Program-made: the position numbers and the translations under genes
NCBI GenBank assembly: GCA_002189035.1
Contig: NEEC01000002.1
Coordinates: 3,224,001 to 3,288,000, forward strand
Length of the DNA stretch: 64,000 bases
Direction of reading: 5' to 3'
Source: Utricularia gibba
Lineage: Eukaryota; Plantae; Magnoliophyta
Shown: one piece after another, positions 54,862-64,000 of the stretch
Layout of the letters: each line of letters begins with the position of its first letter
How positions within the stretch are numbered: the stretch's first letter is position 1
Notes under the pieces: generated by a model
Seen by the model: the letters and a program-made list of their open reading frames with translations, nothing else
What the model was told of the DNA's origin: nothing
Database searches by the model: none

Positions 54862-54934
54862 AAAATCAGCTAGAGCTAATACATGTTGTAAGCCATCATC
54901 TTTGGCTGTCAAACAAGATACTTCATCATCTCAA
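54862..54934 (-). ncRNA. Box C/D snoRNA, U44/SNORD44 (plant snoR18)-type, copy 2
   Basis: Canonical C box ATGATGA (54923-54929), D' TTGA, C' ATGATG, guide CATGTATTAGCTCTA, D box CTGA (54866-54869). Confidence 0.85.
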
Positions 54935-55059
54935 ACTAACATACCCACATACCGGCTAAAAATCGAAACACGAAACGGAAAGGATGAGTTGGAGGAGGAG
55001 ATTCCACGAAGGCCGTCTCTGGAGAACGGCGGATGCAACAGAGAAATACTGTGAAATGA

Positions 55060-55200
55060 GAGCTAGGGCAAAGGTATTAATTTGTACGCCCAATTTGCAT
55101 GGGCCGGGCTACGGAAAAGAGGTGTAAAAGCCCAATGGAAACAAATCGGGTGGCGTGATCGGACCGAATCAACCCGAACCGGATACAAACCCTCTCGTCT
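55060..55200 (-). promoter_or_regulatory. Putative promoter of the snoRNA cluster
   Basis: Clustered site II elements (GCCCA at 55088, TGGGCC at 55100, AGCCCA at 55129) and degenerate telo-box-like motifs, upstream of a pyrimidine-rich leader. This resembles known plant snoRNA and ribosome-biogenesis promoters. Confidence 0.55.
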
Positions 55201-55478
55201 TTTATAATTTATTATTATTAAATCACCTATTTTCAAATATAGTAAGTAGACTTAATCTGAAAAAGGAAAGAAAAGAAACTGCTTCTTCAGCGTAAACATA
55301 TCACAAAATGAACCAACCCATAAGATTGGAATCAGGTACCAAGCCAGATTCTGGATGTTGCGTTGGACGAGGCTTCTTGGTGTTTGGACAAGAGGTGGTG
55401 GACTGAATGAATTTTCTGTAAACCTTTTCATGGATGATGAAGAGCGGGCAAGCACGGCGGCGGCGGCGTCGTTGATTC

Positions 55479-56795
55479 TCAGGACTCGCTTCCGTGAATC
55501 TTCTTCTGCACCCACGACGGCGAGAGCACAGGGCTTATCTTGACCTCCGAGGGGTTCCCCAGCCCCACCGAACAATCATTTTCATCGCCTTCGTTGTCCC
55601 TCACCCTGACTCTCCAAACCTTGAGCGTCTGATCCACACTCGCACTGTACACCAACAGACTCCTCACCATATCCACCACCCCTGCCGTCGTCTCCATCGC
55701 CGCCGCCAGACACTTCACCGGCCCGTGGTGCCCGTCGATCACTACGAGGCAGGCATGAAACGCGTTCCCGTCATCCCGCTTCCATATCCGAATCGTCGAA
55801 TCCTCGGATCCGCTCAGAATCATCTCCTCGACTGTGACCAAACAGAGGACCGAAAAATGGTGCCCTTGTAAGAACCCTGCGTGATTGTATCGCCCTGAAT
55901 TCTTCTCCTTCTCCCAGAAATTGATCAGCCCGTCTGAGGATCCGGAGTAGAGAAAGTGAGAGGAATTGCTGCAGCTGAGAGCGAGGGCATTGACAGGGGA
56001 AGGCTGGAATTTCAAGGTCATTGTGAGAATATGAGGGAACTCACGCATCACCCTCCTCCAGATTTTGACAGTTCCATCTGAGGAGCAGGTGAAAACGCAT
56101 CCATCGAACTGGTTCAGGACGATGGCGTTGACATTCCCATCGTGAGCGACGAAGGAGTCGACGCAGGCTTTCTCCATCAGCTTCCACACTTTGACGGAGT
56201 GATCCCACGACCCTGTGTACAGCAATTTCTCCACGCTGTTGATGGCCAAACAGGACACCCAATCCTTGTGCTGGTTCGAATTCTTCGGATTCGAAAAGAA
56301 GGATCTTCTTTTGGGGAGAGTCATAATCTTCCTCGGCTTCAACTTCAAGTTGTTCAGTCTTTCCATGTTGGTGATATCCCACAACCGGACTCTAAAATCG
56401 CCGTGCGCGGTGGCCAGGCTCCGCCCCGTGGCCAGAATGGCACGAATTTGCCCTGAGGGAGTCTTGAAACTGCCTGATTCCGTACAAGTAGGCTGCCCCC
56501 AGGCTTGAACTTTGCAGCTACTCGACCCGGTGAAGATGTAGTCTTTATTCACCGCCAGACATGAGATACTGGTGTCGCTCCAGTGGAGTGAGGCTAGGCA
56601 GTGGTATGGAAGCGGGCGTGGCCGCGACGGCGACGTGTTCCCCGGCGCCGGAGACCTCGTCCAAGGCGGGAAACCAGAGGCGGATGAGACGCAGGACGTC
56701 CTGGCGGAAGAGAGCTGCGATTCGGGTTCCCTGTTGATCTCGAAGGAGAATCTCCTGCCTGGTGCGAAGTTCATGCCTCTGCCGTCGCCGTCCAT
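55479..56795 (-). CDS. Intronless WD40-repeat protein (JINGUBANG-like)
   Basis: Single ORF with repeated GH/H...WD-type units (HKDWVSCLA...LYTGSWDHSVKVW, AHDGNVNAI...FTCSSDGTVKIW, GHHFSVLCL...SGSEDSTIRIW) and a C-terminal VLSPSWV motif. The start is taken at MDGDG; an in-frame extension to 56906 exists. Confidence 0.9.
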   Translation of the reverse strand: MDGDGRGMNFAPGRRFSFEINREPESQLSSARTSCVSSASGFPPWTRSPAPGNTSPSRPRPLPYHCLASLHWSDTSISCLAVNKDYIFTGSSSCKVQAWGQPTCTESGSFKTPSGQIRAILATGRSLATAHGDFRVRLWDITNMERLNNLKLKPRKIMTLPKRRSFFSNPKNSNQHKDWVSCLAINSVEKLLYTGSWDHSVKVWKLMEKACVDSFVAHDGNVNAIVLNQFDGCVFTCSSDGTVKIWRRVMREFPHILTMTLKFQPSPVNALALSCSNSSHFLYSGSSDGLINFWEKEKNSGRYNHAGFLQGHHFSVLCLVTVEEMILSGSEDSTIRIWKRDDGNAFHACLVVIDGHHGPVKCLAAAMETTAGVVDMVRSLLVYSASVDQTLKVWRVRVRDNEGDENDCSVGLGNPSEVKISPVLSPSWVQKKIHGSES

Positions 56796-59195
56796 CTGGG
56801 CTCGTTTCTCAGAGGAACTTGAGATCCATGAGCAGGGAAGCTGCCAATTAAGTGAGTTCCACTTCGGGCGACCGAACTGTTGAGAAATTGAATGAATATG
56901 AGGCATCTACACCTAGAAGCATACCCCAAAGAAACGCTGCCCATTCCTACGCCTACATTTACCTCCTCTTCCCTCCTCATCCAAAGTAAAAAAAAAATAG
57001 TAAAAACAAGGAACCTACTTTCTGTGCATTTGAATTGGGTGTGTGCCCTGCGGTGCCAATGTGATGCCATCGATGGATCTACGGCTTTAAGGCGATGGGA
57101 AAAGTCGCTTTCTTTTTGTAGTACTTAGTATGTCATAAGAAGGAAATATTGAATGAGGGAAGATAATTTAAAAACTGGACACTATTCAGTACAATTTTTA
57201 AAAAAACCTGGAATAATAGAGAAGAGAAGAGATGAGATGAATTCAGTGTTAGTAGCAAGCAGGACGCCAACTCACTCATTTTATAATAAGAGAAATGGAA
57301 GATGCGCTCATCTGTATATCAACTCATTTTACTTGTTTTATCTCTTTGTCTGTGTGGGTTGAGAATGAAATGATTTGGCTGATGGAGGAGTTAGGGGAGG
57401 TGATTGAAAGAAATGGTCCCTCCCTAGCGCCAGCGCCAGCGCCACTACGTGCACGCAATTCATTCGGGTTGGGTTGGCTGCACTTACTTTTGCATCCGCC
57501 TGGGCGTGTTAAATACTGCGCCTGCGGAGTCTGAACTGAACCCCCTCCCCTTCTCCACCCATCTTCCTCGGAAGGGAAGGTCGTTGTCGGAACCCAACCC
57601 AACCCAACCCGGTCCTCTTCCAACTGGACTGATTCAAGGAAAGTATTTCTCGGGTACAGGATACTCCTAGTTTCTTTCTAGACATACGTGAAAGCTACTT
57701 GTAATCTAATTAAAATCATGATTCATTGGATTCAAATTAGATGTAATTCAATATAAAAGAGGAGTTGTAATTCAAACAATAGTATGCGTTCACGTCCAAC
57801 CATGCATTTATTTATTTACTAAGCATGGAATTAATCTGATATGTGTACAAATGGGGGCCGGGGCATGATGATGGCGTCTAGAGCATTATCAGAGTAGAGC
57901 AATATGAGAAGGAAGGAATGAATGAATGAATGAATGGCATTAGAAGAGGGCTACACTGAATTATCTATCCATTTTGAATTTGAACAATGAGAATGTCTTC
58001 CCTCGAGACACACCCGTTTGGTTGTCCCTAATATCCCTCCCTATCTTTCCAACTACATCAAAAAAAAAAAAAAAAAAAACAAGCATAGCTTTGGTTGGGA
58101 GTTACATTTTGAACTATCTATCTAAACTAGAATTCGACAGTATTTTTTAAAATTCACTTGAGAGATGAATTTAAACATACCCGTGGTAGTTCTAGTTTTG
58201 ATTTCTCAATTTGCTGAAGATTTAGAATTGTCTCTCAACGTATTTGAGGGAATTTTTAACAAGTATACATATTTTTTTAAAAATAAAACATTCTTATTAA
58301 ACACATGTAGTATTAAGGATATATTAGTAATTTAAATGTACAAATATCCAATATTCATCTAATTTAAATTCTAATCCACTAACCAAACAAACCATTACTA
58401 AAAAATCCACGAAAACTAAAGTAATGCAAACTCATCTCACAAACTAAATGAGTTATTTTAAATAATAGCCATCCTAATAATGTGAAATTTTAAATTTTTC
58501 ACTTTTTATAATTTGTTTGAATAATAACTATCTTTTAATAATAAATAAAAATTCAGTTAAAATAAATAAGAAATAAGTATATTAATAAATTTATTAAAAT
58601 TATATTTATCGTTTTTTAATAAATAAAAAATATTAATAATATAATATTTTATATATATATTCATTTTTAGATAACTTTTTAATAAAAAAGTATCATAATA
58701 TAGAAAAAAAACAGGTCATTTTGAAAAAAAAATTATTTAAAAATATATTTTTTAAAAAGGATTTTAATAAATCAATTTATTTTTAATTTTTTTTATGATT
58801 TCTTATATATAGATATATTTTTTTTCTTATACATATATTTTTAATTTTTTTCTTATATATATATATTTAAATCGATCAATTGATTATTATCTTCATCTTT
58901 GGTTGTTCCATTTCCACCCCTTTTGCATTTATCACGTGTCCAAATGTAAGTTACCTAGAATGAGGCCAATTAGTGCTTGGAACTATGGTTGATGCTTGTA
59001 GTATACACATTTATTTTTGTGGCAATTTCATGAAGATGTAGGTAAACAATGCTATATTCTCATTTTATTATAAGATAACTTAAAGAGATGACAATATACT
59101 ATGGAGTCATGGATGTATGTAGTCGTTTTTTAGAAATATTATATAAAACGGATGATGTGCTTAATTGTATAGAAATGTTTTGATGTAAGCAAACT

Positions 59196-59374
59196 TCACT
59201 TGAGGAAGTTCATGAACATTGAGAGATTTATGAGTCTCTAAAAAATCAATATATTGAGATCACATTTATTGGGTGGGTTTAAGACTTTAATCACATTAGT
59301 AAAAGCTGATGTGTATGTTTGTTATAAAAGATTTGCTAAACATACAATGGTTGTTCATGAACTTCCTCAAGTGA
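59196..59374. repeat. Perfect 23-bp inverted repeat with a 133-bp spacer (mini-MITE or hairpin)
   Basis: TCACTTGAGGAAGTTCATGAACA (59196-59218) and its exact reverse complement (59352-59374). Confidence 0.9.
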
Positions 59375-61318
59375 TAAACTAATATTTTAAAGACAATATT
59401 GACCTTCTTCTAACAGCAAATCAAACATATAATTTTTATCATCTACTTCATTGTTTACTGGGTTAATTGTATATCTCTAATGTAAATTTAAGATAATTGT
59501 GTCTATATTATGAAATTTCGATGAAAACCTATGCTTTAATTTAATTTCTTCGTTGTTTTCATTTAAGTTGTTCATTCTTGTTTTTATTTAGGTTATTCAT
59601 TATTGATTTTTCATTTTGTATCTTTCCATCTTGGTCGATTGATTGCGCGAAAATTGATTTGGATTCTTCATTGCTCATTAAGCATAATTGTTCCAATACA
59701 CTGTGCCACTACTTTGGCCCTATGAAGAGTGGGTTAATGTGTTTTAGACATCACGAAGTCGGGATTGCAGTGTCTGAACACGCATAGTCTATATTTGGAG
59801 TCCATTTATACTCTTAATGTAACCATTGCAATAGCACGATTGCAATGTTTAAATGATTAAATATAATAAAGATATATTAAATAATTTATAATATTTGACT
59901 ACAAATAACCATATTTTTAACATTTTTAACATTTTTAACAAACATATAAAATTATTAATCACAAATAAGGAAGAACTAATATATATATATATATTATCTT
60001 ATTAGTAGTTCATTTTCAGCATTAGGATTGAAATAGGAGGAAAATAAAAGAAAAGAAGAAGAAAAAAATGATAGAATAAAAAAACAACAAGCATGCAATA
60101 ATAGTTAATTAGAAAATGCCATGTGTTTTAACAATGTAAAGATATATATTTTATTGTTAAGACTTATAAATAAACTTTGCTGAGATGATGAATAGAAGAA
60201 ATATAAAGGGAAAGCATTATGAAGAAAAAAACATGAGGAAAAAAAGGAAAATCTGTTGATAGTAAAACTGCAAGTTGATCTATTAGTTATGAAATAATGA
60301 CTATGTAAACGGTGAAGATGCGCAACGCCAACAACTAGAAATTCTATGAAGGTTGTCGAAAGCCGAGAAATGGGAGTACCCTTGTGACCTAGTGATGATT
60401 TTTATTAGATACTAATTAGTGTAATCTTTTAATTTTTGCAGCTTGAATATGCTAATCCCTTTCAATGTTGTCAGTATGCTCCATTTATTTCAATTTACTA
60501 AATACTAACTGGAGTATTTTAAAATGTTACGTTTGTGGTGATCGTTGTGTGGAAGCTGGAGCCCACTTGCGGCAGTCAACAAGAAATGCGGTGGCAAGAT
60601 GGATGGGGCCAACGCCTTCTTCGATAGGTGGACATGCCTCAATTAGCTCTTTTGGGTTTGCGTAATACAAACTCACTTTTGCAGAGGTATCCAACAGGCA
60701 ACCAACCTACTGCCTTGCTCTTCGTGCACTTTTATTTGCTCCACTAGAAATGTTCAGCTCTGCAGGGTATTATGACGTAGACATGACCAAGTGGCGTTTG
60801 CCAAGAGGCATGATGCCACCAAACTTCGAATTCAAACGCTTGAAAACGGTAACCGTCGGGAGATGGACGGCTTATTTGCCTGCACTTCCCACCAGGCACA
60901 GGGGCCCCTGTTCGCTCTTTCGTCTTAGATGGACTGTTTGCACAAGTCGTTGCCCTCTCTGGTTGTGCGACGCAGATTGGAACCAATGTGCATGGCATGG
61001 ATATTGTTTCCACATTACTGTTGACTGTTAACTCTAATTCATTAAACAGTGCATGAAAAAACAAAGGCTAATTAGAATGCACGCAGAGTTTGAAACAAAT
61101 TGATGAATCATATTACAGAGACTTGAAAAAAACACATCCATCCAAAACGGAATCAAGAATTACAGCTCTTACTGATGATCGAAACTGGGAAATGCTAATG
61201 CTTCTGTAGTAAGCTAACAACGTAATACTGTTTCGAGGTATTTCATGCTTGCCTGTTCACGTTCAGACTGGAAACTGGTCTCGTTCTTCATTTTGTAGAT
61301 CAAACAAAAGTTAGCACT

Positions 61319-62046
61319 TCAGTCTGCTCGCGGACTGCTAGCAGCAGGTCTTTTCCCTTTGTAAGTCTAATTAAGAGGAAAAAGTGGAACTTTTGATGAT
61401 GGGAGGGAATGAAAACATTGCATGAGGGTTGTCAGTTAAAATACCTGCTTCCCGAGGTTAAATGGGATATATTTGTACTTGATCATGTGCATTATTTGGC
61501 GCTTCATAGTGAGAACAAAGAGCACGAACCAGTAGAACAATAAGATAGGCCAAAACACGGGCACATCAAACATGGAAAAGAATGTCATCACAAATCCTAT
61601 GCAGAACGCCTTTGTGATGGCATACCTATGAGGACAAAAGGAAGAAGAAGGCACAATCAGAAAGCCAAAAGATTGAAAAAGATGAATAGAGAACATATGT
61701 ACCAAAATTTGAATTCAGGAAGGCGGCGGATGAATGGCTTGAACTCATCAGAATCCTTTGTAGGCAGCATAGGGCCATCGGATGGTTCTATTTCCGGGTC
61801 AACAAGAGGTGACAAAAATCCTATAAGCAGGTTTAGAATATAGATCCCCAGTCCGTAGGTAATTATGTAAAACCCTTGGATGTAATAAACCCTCAGAGCA
61901 TAGACCAAAACCAACACGAAAGTCCCAATCCATCTATATAGCGCATGCGGGGTCGATTTATCTAGATAATACTGGAAAACCTTAGAAACTTCCTGCCTCC
62001 TTTGATGCAGAACTGCTGCAGGGCCATCACCTCCAGCCCCCTCCAT
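61319..62046 (-). CDS. RER1: Protein RER1 (ER retrieval receptor)
   Basis: Exons 61703-62046, 61445-61625 and 61319-61366: [77 protein letters not shown] probable 5'UTR intron lies at about 62087-62487. Confidence 0.95.
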
Positions 62047-64000
62047 TATGAATTTGGTAGAGAACAGCAATAAACTTATAATAAATCTGCTTCCACAGTC
62101 AAGACAGACAGCAAGTAAACAGCAATTTCATCAATCAAATTGTAAACCAGCGCAGTGCACATGAAGTAAAAACGGCAAAAAGCGGTTGTAATGAAACACA
62201 GAAATGACGAAGAAACACGAAGCCCTAGGAAATCAATCTTCACCACTAAAGTCACAACGAATAAATCTGCATATAAGCACCCCTAATTACCCAGAATACC
62301 ACAGTTCTACATACACACGCATACAGAGGAAAGAAAAAATGGTAAAAAGAAAAAAAAAATTAACGAGGACAAAACTAGATCCAGAAATAGCAATTCCTCC
62401 ACATGAATCAAATCTGACCAGCGTACATATCAACGAAACCAAATTCTGATTAAGCAACAAGCTTGAAGATGATCGCAAGAAGAATACCTGAAGAGATCGA
62501 TTCACCCTTGGTTGACGAGAAACAGAGTTGAGAGGGGAACGCTGCTCAATAGAGGAGTTGTGAGGTGAAATATCAAGATGACCGACGAGAACACGTCAGC
62601 CCAGGAAAGGACACCCTTCATCTCCAAACGACGTCGTACCAAAGGGTCAAATCGTCATTTCCTTTCCAACTCCAAATACATTTCGAAAACTAAACTAGTA
62701 TTTCGGAAACTTTCTCTTTTTTTCTATTTTTAAAATACCAAAAGTAATTTTGTTACTCAACAATGTCGATTTCTATTTCTATTTATTCTTAATCACATGT
62801 AATAAACAGTAAAATAAAAAAGTAATTGGAATTCAATTTCTCTTTTTACTTCAATTTCTTGAATAAAATCTCAAAAAAATTCTAACAACAAAATAATTCA
62901 CTCTCATATTCATTCTCTCCTATCTTCTTGAATAGTTTAAAGGATAGAGGGAATTCTGGGAGAATTAGATGAGCGAGGATAAAAATGATTTCACCAACCT
63001 TTTTCATTCATCAAGATACAATGACGTTAATAGATTTGAATACAGCATGCTTGTTTTGTTTATTAATTCATTAAAGTTATTCTATTTAATTTTGAATATG
63101 CTAATCGTTAGTTATTCTATAGTAAAATCAGAATTTCAAATTTTGTGATTAACTTCAGAAATTATTGAATTTCTTTAATATTTATTTTAAATATCAAATA
63201 AGAGATTAATTAGAAAAATTATACTATTTATTTTTATTTATTTTAAAAATAAATTTATATCATAATATTAAATTATATAATAAGTTAATGTATTAAAATT
63301 TACAATATATCTTCTATTTTATTAAAATTTTATACTATATTTTTATTATCCTACAAAAAATTTTACAATCTCAAATTGATTCTATTTAAATAATATTAAA
63401 ACTGATTTTTTTCTATATAATCTGAAATACAACTCCAAATTACAGAACATGCCCAACTTCATCAACGAGTGCAAGAAAGAAGATGGAGCAAAATTCTATA
63501 ATGCCTTGGATAAAGTATCAATTTTTGCATGAATAAATTCTTAGATCTTTCTGATTATATGTATGTCAAATTTTTTTGATTTTGGTTATCTCTTGCATGA
63601 ATTATGAAAAGTTTTTGATGAATAATCTTCTTTTCTTTCTTCTTTATAAGAGTTGAAATTTAGAATATCCATATATATTTCATTCTTATCTTAAATAAAT
63701 ATATTAAAGTTAACTATAATGAATTTAGAAACCAAAAGGGTGCTCATGAATGTGATTTTCTCTCAAGTTATCAATCTTGAAAGATATCGAATGACTTTTG
63801 GCATTAGGATAAATTGGAATTTTTTTTTACTTATTATAGTTTTAGAAGTTTATTATTTACTAACATTTAACTTCTGAATTTAAATAAAAAATCATAATTA
63901 AATTCTTTTATCATATGCGTTCAAAAAATCTTTATTCTATTGTATAATATTTTTACTTTTTTTATTATTTTAACTCGTTTGAATTTTTGATTATTTATAA

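Noticed and set aside
54681-54900. 18S rRNA-identical words TAGAGCTAATAC on the plus strand
   Set aside because: These are not rRNA gene fragments. Identity stops after about 14 nt and is explained by antisense snoRNA guides.
54477-55054. Plus-strand ORFs of 61-112 aa
   Set aside because: They are incidental antisense frames over the snoRNA cluster.
55494-56883. Several plus-strand ORFs over the WD40 gene, and similar ones over 28.6-29.5 kb
   Set aside because: They are antisense shadows of GC-rich coding exons.
58060-58079. A20 tract as a SINE/LINE tail
   Set aside because: No A/B boxes, ORF2 remnant or TSD upstream.
20450-62046. Co-occurrence of trafficking genes (p24, SNX1, RER1) as a functional cluster
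   Set aside because: The genes are 10-25 kb apart, unrelated genes lie between them, and I found no shared regulatory signature. Chance is sufficient.
1-64000. CRISPR arrays, tRNA genes, rRNA genes, prokaryotic systems
   Set aside because: None seen. The DNA is intron-rich plant nuclear sequence.

Overview
AT-rich plant (probably eudicot) nuclear DNA. I reconstructed ten protein-coding genes by hand from splice sites: a CCCH zinc-finger gene (truncated by the window start), an FHA-domain AAA ATPase, a zinc-finger-less IDD/SGR5-like small protein, p24beta2, an L7Ae/RPP38-like protein, a condensation/alcohol-acetyltransferase-fold protein, kinesin-5 (KRP125/KIN5C type), SNX1, an intronless WD40 (JINGUBANG-like) gene and RER1. 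They are interspersed with Copia remnants, a solo LTR with a perfect TSD, two PIF/Harbinger elements and several MITEs. The main feature missing from the ORF track is a minus-strand cluster of three box C/D snoRNAs (54.5-54.9 kb): two U44/SNORD44-type 18S guides and one guide complementary to the 5' end of 25S rRNA. Three otherwise intact genes carry four net 1-nt frameshifts, at least three in homopolymer runs; uncorrected long-read error is the most likely cause, but real lesions are not excluded. All family assignments come from remembered motifs; no database search was run.
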